A stretch of 64,000 nt of DNA, taken from NCBI GenBank assembly GCA_038496445.1, contig JALMLS010000455.1, positions 62,001-126,000 of the forward strand, given 5' to 3'. The notes beneath the pieces were generated by a model, which was not told where the DNA came from, searched no databases, and saw nothing but the letters and a program-made list of their open reading frames with translations. A program made the position numbers and the translations under genes. The DNA is from Trichosphaerium sp. ATCC 40318. Its lineage: Eukaryota > Protista > Tubulinea. Shown here in pieces: positions 1 to 12,600 of this stretch; the first letter of the stretch is position 1, and every line of letters begins with the position of its first letter.

Positions 1-455
1 GCAACCTTCTCTAATACACCACTTCGCACAGTGCTAGCTCATATGAGTATTTCGTAAAGCTGTAGGTTTTTGGTTCTCTTTGAATTGGATACTTATTAAA
101 TGCCTTTATAATGGTCGCAACTATAACGTAATTGTTTTCACGTACCTTTGTAGTTCAGGCGTGAGGTAATTTACATAGTTCTTTGTGGCTCGAGTGGCAA
201 TGCATGCCATTGTACTGAAGGAAGGAGTAGGTTTTTACTGTGGTTTTGCTAACTGTAATGCAACATTTCCGTTTATATAAAGCTAATATCGCTCGTGCGC
301 GTATCTTCTCGCGTGGGCAGTAGCGTAGATTTATTTTAACGGGCTAAGATATAGTTTGACTGATAGGTTCGTTTTTGGCTCCTAACGTTACTGTCACAAT
401 TTAGCCACCTTCCACCAAGTCCCACAGTCCTATAAGTTGGTCAGACAATAAATAA

Positions 456-3189
456 ATGCGCAACGTGGCTGTTTGCGTGCTATGTTACGCACTAGTGTAC
501 TTACTGGCACCTGCCATTGGTGTAGAAGATAAAGTTGATGAATTAATACTCACTTCAACAACGGATCCATTCTCAAGCCTTACATACTCAGAACTACGAT
601 CACGGTGGTCTGAACCACCGCAAATTAATAAAGCTGCAATAGAAAAGGCATGGACACATCAAGTAGACATTGAAGTGGTTATAGTGCGTACTAACCAATC
701 ATCGAGCCTCTCAAAGGTACTTGTAGTAGCTTTTATTATGACAAGTGTCACTTAAAAATATTTCTTACATTGTCGCTAGCGTGCTCTCTCTAAGCTCCTT
801 TCGAGCCGCGGGTATAAATTAGCGCATAGTACAGCAGATGCAGTGCGCTGGGGCTTTAAGCCAGTTTACACCGTTACAGAGGTTGGCAAGGACTTTCTAT
901 TCAGCGTACAAACAAGAGTAAGCGTTTTCTTTGCTCAGAATGACCACAAGTAACCATTTTCTCTCAAGCGTTCTTGGACAACTCAGGTGGATATGGCCAG
1001 GCCTATTTCTACTTCAGACATAAACCAGGAGCTAGCAAAGGAATACCAACGTAACAGATCAGGATACGTAATTTATGTTCTTGACATGCCTGGGTACATG
1101 CTCATTTTGTGATACTGAAGCTGTACTCATATTACAAGTAGATCAGAACCACATACATTTAGTATTACTGGAAGTGATTGCAAAACGGTACACAAGCGTG
1201 ATGAGTAAAAACAAATTAAACAAGAATGTCAAGTTTTTGTTTTTAAAACAACATGGTTTTCGATTTGAAAAGACTTTCTAAGATTGTATGGCTAGGGTAT
1301 GGATATTAACGATCAAGGAGATGAGCGGTTCATATGGTTTGATATTTCCACTAACAAGACAACTTATGGTCCAAGGAATTTTGGCACTGGAAGACAGGTA
1401 ATAATTTATTCTAACTGAGTTGTTTTCTTTTTGGTTGCATTATACCAATTGTGATTACACCATCACGTGATTTATTTTTTTTTCCTTTGTAGGGTCTGGC
1501 TACATTACCAGAAGGATTTGATTCGCGTACAGATGTAGAATTGGCCACTGTAGAGCTAGCCTCGTTTATAGAGCGTTCAACAGAACTAGTACTTTGGCAA
1601 GTTCTAAAAAGAACTCAACAACACCATGAGGATATTCACGTTTTCCATCTTCACTCTGAAAGATCCGTGATATCTCCATTTGATGTTGTCGTACAGAAAT
1701 TATTCAACAAACTAAAAGAAGTCATGCCACACATGAGTACGAACGAGAACTCTTATTTCTTCTTGTAGAAATGTTAACTTATTGAAAACAGAGGTTCCAA
1801 ATCTTAGTTCTTCGGATGTTGTACTTGATGAAGATACTTGGATTTCATCTGCTGTTGCTCATTCTATGCGTGGCGAAGGGGCTGCTTTCATACTTGGTAT
1901 TAAACGAAAAGTTTTACACTAGTACTAATACCTCCTCTAGAGTCTGGCATGCTACACAAACACATAAAAAAGTACCTTGAAAGAAAAGGTATTTCAGACG
2001 ATGGTGTTAAAGTATTCATCTTGGATGTAAACGCATTACCAAGACATTTAATGGGTTTCGAAAACCATAAACAAGTTGTTTCTGTTGGTAATATAATAAT
2101 GGCACTTTATGATACAAAATCAAGGGCAAACTATTTGTTTTCGTACGTGTTACAATGGATGTGACTGTTTTTGATTTTTATTAATACTACTTTCAAAAGA
2201 TGTGATACCAATCCAGTTAATCAAGTATGGGACTCTTCTGCTATTGTACAACAACTCCTAGATACCATGTTTGCCTTACCTGCTGTGTACGTGAAATAAT
2301 TTCTTACGACTAATCGTAATAACATTGGTCTTGTAGGTATGATGAATGGGACGCGTCAAGAGGCGAATGGACAACGGATTATGCTTGGGCAATTACTAAT
2401 CAAGTTTATTCCCCATTTATTACAAGAAGCAGAGAAGATCAAGAAAAGGGTACGACGCTTCAACTCAAAAACAAGTTTTTCTTTTTTGAAACGTTTCGCT
2501 GTCAGAAATATTGATTGTTTTGTTGTAAAGTTAGCTTCGTTGTTCTTGATGGTATACAGCGTAATCAAGTATATTCTGAGGCTTTGACGCAAATGAATAA
2601 GACCATTCGGCTATTTAATGTTTTCGAGGAGTACAAACAGGACATATCACATGCACTTACAGCTCATGAATATCTGTTGCTTTCCCAAAGATGGTAACCC
2701 TTTATCCTAATTTTTTCGCCCCTACTCCTACAAAAACACCTTCACTTTATTTCACTTATAAAACAGTATTTCCAAGGAGTGCGGGGTAATACTAAAGTGA
2801 AGAATTTGAACAATTTGACTAACTAACTGTATGCAAAGGAATCTTTTCATTTACAAGATGAAAAAAGTTGGTGACGAATTATCGGTTCTACATTTTGATA
2901 GAAGTCTAGCATATGCTAAATCAATGGCATATGACCTTGATGCTATAAATGGTCTAATAGAGACTGCTGGTAAAAGGTTTGACACGAAGATGTTCTGTGA
3001 CGACGTAAGTACCTTCTTTTTCTTCTTCGTCTTTTTTTTTGGTTTTAATTTTTGTTCTAGGGTGGTGATTCTTCATGGTCCTGGGAGACGATTATAGGTT
3101 TTATATCTTTAATAATATCTATTATATTGGGTATTTCTATTAGACGATTTCTTGAGTTTGATTGGACATCAGATCAGAAGATAGATTAA
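456..3189 (+). CDS. Multi-exon secreted/type I membrane protein resembling plant At3g28720/At5g58100 (DUF7906-like)
   Basis: N-terminal signal peptide. Spliced motifs ERFIWFDISTNKTTYGP, ELASFIERS, VKVFILDV...HKQVVSVGNIIMAL resemble recalled plant family motifs. C-terminal TM (IIGFISLIISIILGISI) and a QKID* end. Confidence 0.55.
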
Positions 3190-3658
3190 AAGAACATCAA
3201 TTCTGCTTTTCAAAATAATAAAATGTACATTGACAACTTATCACATTTTTAGTTCCTACTACATATATTTGCATTGTGTTGCTAAATTTACACGTTCCTT
3301 TAGCACGTGCAACTTTAACGTTAGTTGGTTTGTTTTCACAATCAATTTCAAAGTAAACACGTGATACTTTAGTAAAGACAAGTAGAACAACTGTTGACTT
3401 TTTGCAACTTAAAACAAAGCTACAAAAGGGATAGTGGCTACCTTTATGTACAGTCAGTATCCATTACAATTGGTGCCTATCACTGTTGTATGGAAAGTTT
3501 CTCGACGATGCCCTGCAACATCTGTAGCACTCAAGTTATTTGTTTCGATTCGCTGAACGCTTTGCGTAGGAATGCTTCTTAAGTTCTGTCGTAACAGACA
3601 CACGTCCACACGCACTACAATCCAAACTACAATATTACATAAACGTAGATACACCACA

Positions 3659-4968
3659 ATGTCTCAGCAAAAAATAGACCTTACAAAACTTGTTTCTGCT
3701 TCTCTGGACCTTGTAAAACAAGCAGGAGTTATTATACGCGAAGTAAATAGCAGCGGAGACTTACAAATAAAGGATAAAGGTTACCAGTGCTTTTTAGCTA
3801 AAAACTATTAAAAAATGCGTAGGAGGCGATGATCCAATGACTATAGCTGATTTAAGAGCGCAACAATTAATAGCTGGTGGATTAATCGCTCAATGGCCCA
3901 ATATTCGGTACTACAAGCGTTACGAGTTTACTGCCACGCAATAATAGCTTTGATTACGTTTTTATTTGTTCCTCGCTAAAGAACTGCTAGGATCATCGGA
4001 GAAGAGGACACTGAGCCAACAAAAGATGCTCCAAAGCCTAATACGAGCACCTTAGCATCAACAGATTTCGGGAGTTTTGAAAAACTTGTTCCTCTCGAAG
4101 ACGTCACTGTCTACATTGACCCTCTAGATGCTACCAAGGAATTCACTCTTGGAAATGTTGAATGTGTTCTAACACTTGTTGGTACGTAGTGATACCGAAA
4201 AAAAAATACTTCCTGCGGACACGTGTTGCTATAAATGCATTGAACCAATTTTTTGGAATTTTTGTTTTTCTCTTAACAGACTCTTCAATGATCGTTTTTT
4301 TATTGTCATAAATGAGTGAGCTCAAGATGTGATGTAGGTATTGCTGTCAAGGACAAAGCTGTTGGTGGTATTATGTACCAACCTTTTGTTGGTACGCTAA
4401 AAATATACTTTGGTTTTTGTAATTAACTTTGAATTATAGGTAACGGCAGGATGGCCTGGGGTTTGGTTGGGTATGGTGCTCATGGAGATATCACATACCA
4501 ACCAAATACGGATCCTAAGAGGACAGTTGTATGTACTACACGCTCTCATGGCTCAAAAATAATCGAGGTATGTGGTTTTGTTCCAATTTATTGCTTTTGT
4601 TGTTTAACTTATCTCGTATTGTAGGAAGGATTAAAGAAACTGTCTCCAACAGAAATTATGCGTGTTGGTGGTGCTGGATACAAGTCATTATTACTACTTG
4701 AAGGTAAAGCTGATATCTATTTGTACCCACAACCTGGAACAAAGAAATGGGATACATGTGCACCTGATGCTGTTTTACAATGTACTACCAACATTTAACT
4801 TATAATATTTACTTATATACTTTGTAAGGTGTTGGTGGAAAGCTTACTGATGGAGAAGGAGTGCCAATAAACTATTCTCATACAGACGATGTAAGGAACT
4901 TAAAAGGTGTTATTGCTACATCTAAACTACACGATAAGTACATTGGTATGCTTAAAGCTGCGTTGTGA
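3659..4968 (+). CDS. BPNT1: 3'(2'),5'-bisphosphate nucleotidase (inositol monophosphatase family), multi-exon
   Basis: Motifs DPMTIADL, IIGEED, YIDPLDATKEF, VGGAGYK and KKWDTCAPDAVL across canonical introns. Confidence 0.9.
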
Positions 4969-5552
4969 TTGTAACAAAAACATTTTGTATGAACACTTAA
5001 TGTAAAGTAAACCATTAGGAACATCTAGCATTATCGTTCTAACTAATTAACCAAACACGTAATATAAGTATCGACAGTTTTGCCACCATGGATCTTTGCA
5101 TTCTTTAGTAATGGAATACTGTGAAGGAGCCTGAAGTAGGCTCTGGGCTTGGTTCCAAAAAATAAGTGACCCCTGAAAGTACTGATATAATCGAGAGGAA
5201 GACTTTCACTATATGAGTATAGTTATTACTCACGGGCATAGGCCTATTAAAATACACCACATGCTACACCACTCAAAAAGTACTTGTTGGTCAGTATGAC
5301 CAAGTAACTAAGACTGGGGGTTTTTTAAGTCAGTTTATTGACACGACTTCACGTTCAAACATGAGAACATGATGTACAGCAAAATCCTAAGGATTATGAT
5401 CCTTTTCTGTTAAAGATTAATATAGGTGGACCACACCTGCTGACTATAGCAAGGTAGGTATAAATAAGATTTGTCATTTGAGTTTTTGATTATGTGCTTT
5501 CAAACACTTTCTAAGTGTACTAGTACGTCTGCATTGGATAGCAGAATAATGT

Positions 5553-6862
5553 TTATAATAATGGATTTAAAGTGATACTTGCACCTTTCAGAGCATGAAC
5601 CCCACTCTTTGTTATTTTAGGCATGTTGGATATTGTTATTTCATGAACACCAACAAGAGCAGCGATGCCTTCATTTGTAACTTTTTGTAGTCCTGAAAGT
5701 ACGATTGTATGAACACCAGCCAAACACTTTATCCCTTCATCAGTGATCTTATGTTGTAACTGCATGTTAAACAAGTAAATAGCATGAACACCTTTGAGTG
5801 CCTTGAGACCTTTATCTGTTACTGAAGTACCTCCAAGGTAAATAGTATGAACACCCGCAAGATGTTTAACTCCGTCATCTGAAATTTGTCCACATCCATG
5901 AAGACTGATTGTATGTACACCTGAGAATTCTTTAAGGTCCACGTTTCTTACATTTGTATAATTAAAACGGATTGAATGAACGCCAGCAAGTACCTGAAAG
6001 CAACTCGGATCTACATGACAATTGGTTAGGCATATAGTATGGACTCCAGCAAGTTCTCTAATGCCTTCTTCTGTAATACTGGTACATGTTGAGAGACTTA
6101 TTGAGTGGACTCCAGCAAGCGCTTTTAATGTAGAGTCATGTACATCTACATGATTCAAATTGATTGTATGTACACCAGCCAAAGTCGAAAGACTTGAATC
6201 TGTTACTTTTGAATAACTCACGTTTATGGTGTGAACACCAGCCAAAGCCGAAACACAGGTCACTTGTGTACCAGTCAAATTTATGGTATGTACTCCAGCT
6301 AAAGATGAAACATCTGCTACTTTTGTACTTGCCAAGTTTATGTTATGAACGCCAGCCAAAGCTGAAAGGCCTTTGCTTGTTATTTTTGTATGACTCAAAT
6401 CTATGCTATGTACGCCAGCTAAGTAGGTACACATATTATCAATATTATTTGAAGCAACCTGTGACAAACTAATATGTTTAACACCTGAAAGTTTAGCCAA
6501 AGGTTGTGCTTCTTTTAAAGTATAAACTATTTCTGTATGTCTCAGTACACCCATATATTGTGATATCATATCAACATCCAAAGGAGTCGATATTGTGGAT
6601 TTGATGTAGCCAACATTATCGTGAATGATGTCTGAGAAGAGGTGACTTAGTTGTACTACCTTGTATCGTACGTCATCGGGAGATATTTGGGCGATCAATG
6701 CTATTAATTCGTTTGGAAGTACCAGAAAAGGAGCAGAGGTGCTTGTGACGCAGCTAGAACTTTTTTCCTGTGTTACACTCCTAAATCATGTTACTCTTTG
6801 GCATAAACGCAAGTTTTATCGTTGCTTTGTTATAATCAAACGGAAACGAACCTGGTCCCCAT
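5553..6862 (-). CDS. F-box/leucine-rich repeat protein
   Basis: ATG at 6862 and one short 5' intron give MGTRSVTQ...FLVLPNELIALIAQ (F-box), followed by about 12 LAGVH(T/S)IxL LRR units in one long exon. Confidence 0.85.
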
Positions 6863-6992
6863 GTTTAACTGTCGTAAACGTTTTAGCGTTCATTGAAAGA
6901 AAAGAAGTAGTCAAACCAGTTATTTTGTGATAGTTTGTGGTTCAAGTTAAATTAGAAAGCAAAGCGGTTTCAAAAGAAGAAAAAGGCAACAC

Positions 6993-8272
6993 ATGACAAC
7001 TAAATCCACAATTAAGATATCTAAATACGACACACCGTTTTCAGAGGTTATAGCGAGAAACGGTCGAACATTACGCTGTCATTATGCGGTACGTACGCTC
7101 CAGTAAACCGGGGTCTGTAACGGCAAGAATTAGAGCGCTGACGTTTATTTGAGGTAAAAACAACACCCTTCACGGTCACTATTTCATCTGCTACTGTTAA
7201 TTTTCAGTTACCCACAACACGCATAGGCGCTAAACTGGTTTTTGATGGAAAAGAGACTACAGAAGTTCAAACGTTAAAAAATACACCAATGGATTACTCA
7301 GTTCGTCTTTCAAATGTAACCAACGAGCTTGTCGTTGAAATACGCCTCAAAGTACGATCGTTTACATTTATCAACGGGAAAAACCACAACCAATATAATC
7401 AAAATACGCGCCTACACGTTATTCTTTCACTATCAATGCTGCCAGTCTTTTTTTTTTAGGTGCTATCTACACAGTTCTCAAATGCTCTCTTTCGTATCTG
7501 CTTCTTTGTTGCTTGGGAAGGGAAGACATTTTCTTTGCTTTCAGATCAGTTTAAGACTGTATCTAAGCAAGATCAAATACGGCGTAGACAAGAACGACTC
7601 GCTAATCCTACGAAACCAAAAAGTAAAATAAGAAAAAGAGCACGTGGTCAAGATATTTGGGAAGTACTTGGACAAATCAAAAAAACTCAAGCTGACCACT
7701 TGAAGATTCTAAACAGGTTGGAAAATGAGGAAAAAAGTAGGAAAAAAAAGGAACCTAATGCAGCTAAAATGATGGTTGTACAGACATCTAAAGTGGTCAA
7801 AACTACTACATCACCCGTGGTGGCCACTCAAGGCAAGTCTGATGTGAATGATTCTTCTATCACCTTAAAAGACGCCGTTTTACTTTTAGTACAAGCTTAT
7901 CGACGTGAATCGCCTGAAGAGCGACCTACAAAGATTAGAAAACTTATACACGATACAGACTCTGAGGTACGAAAAAAAACGTTTTGGAAATTTTTTTCTT
8001 TTTTTTCTGTTTTTTGATTTCCTTTCTTCTCCTCGCTTGAAATCACGTTTTTTTGCCTTTCAGGCATACACAGATATTCAAGAATGTTATAGATTACTTA
8101 TTAATCTTGTTTTTAGGTTTTTAATGAAATGGTTGGTGCGTTTAACGCCTCTGATTCACATCTTTCTGGTTTTGATGTTTGTGGCAGTTTTAGAAATGAG
8201 GAATGGATTCAGACTGAAAACTTGGGTGCATTCTGTTCTCAGACGCAGTTAGAACCGACAAGCTTGGGTTGA
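6993..8272 (+). CDS. CudA-family transcription factor
   Basis: Spliced motifs VKTTPF, VEIRLK-VLSTQFSNALFRI, FKTVSKQDQI and C-terminal AYRRESPEERPTKIRKL match the amoebozoan CudA/SpaA core. Confidence 0.8.
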
Positions 8273-9293
8273 CGAAATATGACAGCACGTCTTGAAAATT
8301 TAAGTATTTTTTTCAATACTACTCCCTTGAAATGGTCGTATACTATTACTCAGCTACTTCTTTTAAGGCGGTCTTAAAATTGTACAGTACGAATTAGTAA
8401 CAAATAAAAAAAAATCAAAAAAAACCACCTGTACTGTTTCTTTAGCGTAAATGCGTTGGATCGTACGAACCCAAAAGATTCAAGTGTAAAGCGCGTTGCT
8501 TCAGCGCTTACTCTGATGGTGCAGCAAGTACGTTTTGAGTTTTGGAGTTGATGTTTTGTGCTTACTCACATAAGATGATTGCATGTACACAACATATCTG
8601 TGGTGATCTTTAGTTTCATATTACCAAGTGAAGTAGAACGTAACAAATGGGCGACGGGCTTTACTAGTAGGAATGCTGGCTCTGGATGGGTTGCGTTCGT
8701 TTTCATACCCTTAATGTTAGATATTGATTTGGCAAAGAAACAGCAACTACATTGTTGCTTTGGATCGTCCAGTGAAGTGTTTTACTGTATTGTCATTGAG
8801 CGTAGTAATTTCCTTCAGGTTTATGCTTCATGTGAGAGCTTAACACTATGGAGTTGCCTTCATTGAATAATACTTTGGCATTGCCAACAGCAATTACCAC
8901 AATTTTTTTCTAAACCATTTTCACCTGTTTAAATACACGATGTAAGTCACAACTAGTGTCTTTGCGCTCGGGGTAGTAAGTGTATGATGTGACGTCCTCA
9001 CGGATCAACACTCATTGCTAATTGAAAACTACAATCCAAGCCACGTGAATGTGCATTAGTCGCATTCCAATTTCTGGAAGAACAATGAGCTGGTCTATGG
9101 CCTCATTGTTTTGTCAAGACATAGAACTTTAGAGCTCTGTTAAAGGTCATGTTATTGTTTTATGAATTCTCATGAACTATTTTTTCCATTACCAGATATC
9201 ATCCTTATAACATGTTTTTGGAGAAAAGAGAACTGAGGAGAGCCTTTACGTTGATTACGGTTGACCACGTGATCAGTGTGCATACAAGCAACA

Positions 9294-9610
9294 TGATATC
9301 CATGAAATTGAAAAGGCCAAACAACCACGTGTATACAAACTCAGCGATACAACATTGCTCCAAGTATAACAACTTATCTGATATTCCAAACGAGATAACA
9401 GTTCATTTATTTTCATTCCTACAACGTCTTCATAGATTTGCTGTTTCCCAAAGCTGTAGACTATTTTCTGATATCATACGCTACCACGTTGGCTTCGATA
9501 TAATCAGCATTGAATCTAGAACCGATTTTCGTCGTCTTTCTGGAAGTCTTTTTAAACGACTTAGTTTTTTATTTAGTTTTTTTTCCAATAACAAAATTAA
9601 TGCTTGTTGA
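9294..9610 (+). pseudogene. Truncated F-box gene remnant, paralogue of 5553-6862
   Basis: LSDIPNEITVHLFSFL...SCRLFSDIIRYHVGF resembles LPNEL...LSHLFSDIIHDNVGY. No LRRs follow, and it abuts the SNF2 3' end. Confidence 0.5.
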
Positions 9611-12600
9611 GACCGCTAACATAGCCTTGAATACTGAATGGTAATATACCATTACTTGCCATTAAAGTATCAAAGCTTCTTGTTCTTACAAGAACAGGTC
9701 TTGATTTCTTTGATTGTTTCTTTGGTGAGCTAAAAGCGTCTAACAGAAATAAGTTAAATGTTTCATTCATGCTTTGTTCTACCCGAGAAACATGAGGACA
9801 TCATGTGGAAATGGTTCTTGGCTAGGAGCATATTTGATACCATCATGGACTTGGTACGATTTGGCAACATCACTCAATGGGTGCCTTCAGTGTTGGACGA
9901 ATGCAACAACCCAATCACCACTGTTTGTGTGGCAGTTACCATGGCTTGCATATGGAATATCAGGAATTTTGTTAAACACAGCCAGAAGCTTCCTTCATCT
10001 ACAGAGCTACGTTTCCTCGTTAAAAAGTGGATTCTTTTAGCTATAAATTATAACCCCAAATTGATAGATGTTCACCCCAACTGGGCAGTATGGAACAGCG
10101 AGCTTGGATTTTGGAACTTCAACAAAGACTATGAAACACCAGCATATATTGACTACAGAGATTTGATACACCCACAACACACCTTGTTTGTTGCCCAGCG
10201 CAATGAGCCGGCCTTTGCTATGGGACACGAAGTGGCTCGCATCACACGTAATGGAGATGTCATCCATAAACAGCGATGCTCCACCAAAAATATTAAACGT
10301 ATCAGCAAACGACCCAAACACCTAAATGACTACCTTTTGTAATATCGTGTAAATAAGTGACCCTACTCTCTAGCGTTCCTAGAGAGGAGGTTTTTCTAGT
10401 AAATAGCTTACCTCCAAAAAAAAAAAATTCATGCTTTGTTCTTACCTTTTGCTTTTTTCCTCTTATAATTTAAAAAACGTTCGTGTTCTAACGTATTCTT
10501 GACAACAAAACAAGCAACATGAACGCGACTCTTTTGACCCATCCTACACAACCATAAATGTCAAAAGTTGGTGGCAAAAAAAAAAAAAGTTTTGTTTTGG
10601 TATTCATTTGAGTTCGTGCCTGTAAGCTCTTCCAATTGCTTGAGATTCAATTGCCTCTATTTCTTCTCTTGTTCCGATTGCAGAATCTACAACGATTAGT
10701 GACTGTTGATGATAAAAAGTGCTTCTGCACTAAGTGGTGGCATACCCAATAGAACAATGTGTTTAGCATTCATCAAGTTTGTTCCTGATGCTGCTTTTTT
10801 GGTACTTAAAAGTAATACACGAATATCTTGTCCACTGTTGTCACTAAATGACTTGATCGCCTTTTCTCTACGAAATACACTTCTAAATAAATGTTAGAAA
10901 CAGTTCTCGCCTTATGTTGTTGCTTTAATATCGCTGCTTACCCTTCAATTGAAGTACTGTAAATTCCGTTCTGGAAAAGCACACAAGCCACTTGATGCAG
11001 CACTTTTGAGAACTGTAGATTGGGTAAGAAGGGGAATGTGGTTGGACAATGATAGAGGCGAGATGATTAACGTACACTTGAGAACAGAATTATCTTTGAA
11101 GCTGGTTCTTCTTTCCAGATACCTTCAAGATATCCGATCAACATGCTTATCTTTGCACCATGCATGATAACTCTTTCATGTTCAGTGAGATTGACGTATC
11201 TTTTCTCAGGATATCCCTTCTACAGAGTGATAATTTGGTTAGTAGTTAAACGATGCGATTAGAAAGATGTTTCATCAATTGAAAACAAAGACAGTACCTT
11301 TATTAGCTTTGATTCAAATGTTAACTTGGGTCTCAACAGTTTCTTGAGGTGGTTGATGGTATCCTCATCCTCATATTCAATACAACGTAAATCCGCAGCT
11401 TGTTGTAAACTGTCAAGAGTCGCTTCTTCTAGAACATCAAGACCAAGTTGTCTACCCCTCCCTTTGATGGTTATTTCTGGCTTTTCCTTAAAAACACGTG
11501 AGAATCACGTGAAAATCAATATCACCTTACGATAGTTTCAAGTTGTTCTTTAACTTTCTCCAACTTGCAACAAAGCTGAACTGATTCTCTTTTTTGCGTC
11601 TTGAGTTTTGTAATTCTGAGTTTTAGTTGAGCAAAATATCTCTCACGGTATTTGTCATCAGTTTTAAGTGTTTTCTTTGTTTGTTGTATTGCATGATCCC
11701 ACTTTGTTTGGGCCTTTGATTCCTCCTCAAGTTTATCCTTGATAAATATAAGAAATCATGTCAAAACACATGATTGATATGACAAAACGGTACCTTAATC
11801 ATCGGTGCTATTTCTGAATAGAGTGCTGGTAACATGGGACCTTCATGTGCACTTGTAAGTGAACATAACTCGCCTAAATCTATGGAGCAAATAGGTGAAT
11901 TACTTGGGTTTGAGTATTGTTATTGTACCTGTACCCTTTTGTTTACACAATTCTGTAACATTGTAATGCATCCTTTGCACAGGATGAAAGTCAGCAATTT
12001 CCTATAAATTAAGTTACGTAATCTAAAACAACACCAAGAGTTGTTGTACGAGAATCTCTTTGTATGGTGGTATCTCCCAATCATCTTTTGCACTCTCTTT
12101 TGTATGTCTCCACATGTAATTATTGATCAAGATGTCAATGAATGACCATCTAAGGGTATGAATGTTAGATCAAGTTAACCTACATTGCTAAACCAAAAAA
12201 AAGAGGCTCTTACGTCTTGTATTCGCTATGTGCCTCAGGAAGGTGCCATTGAAAGTTAAGTGATCCATTTTTATAGTGTATATGTCTAAGTATTATTATA
12301 AGTGTATGCCTATGACAAAGTGCTACATGTACGTTTGCCCAGGATGAACTGCTTTATGACTTCTTGTTTCGAATTTTTTTCCAGTGAGAAACGTGAGAAC
12401 ACCACGGAACGTTGTGCTAGAAACAACACTATAAGACTAATATACTCTGTCATACATTGTGGTTTACGTACTTTTTAGGGAATGGAGTGCCTGTGACATA
12501 CCACCTAAACTTAGACTTGTGGGCAGCCAAGATGTTGTCTATCGTCAACAAAGTAAGTTTGTTGTGCAAGGAGCAATTTTTTCAAGGTAACGTACTTGGC

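Noticed and set aside
1-420. Possible minus-strand gene start near 210
   Set aside because: Splice-like signals are present, but I could not build a consistent frame
5088-5135. Kinase-hinge-like VMEYCEG fragment
   Set aside because: Too short and bounded by stops; at most a decayed remnant
8500-9200. Coding-like spacer sequence
   Set aside because: No consistent frame or motif on either strand
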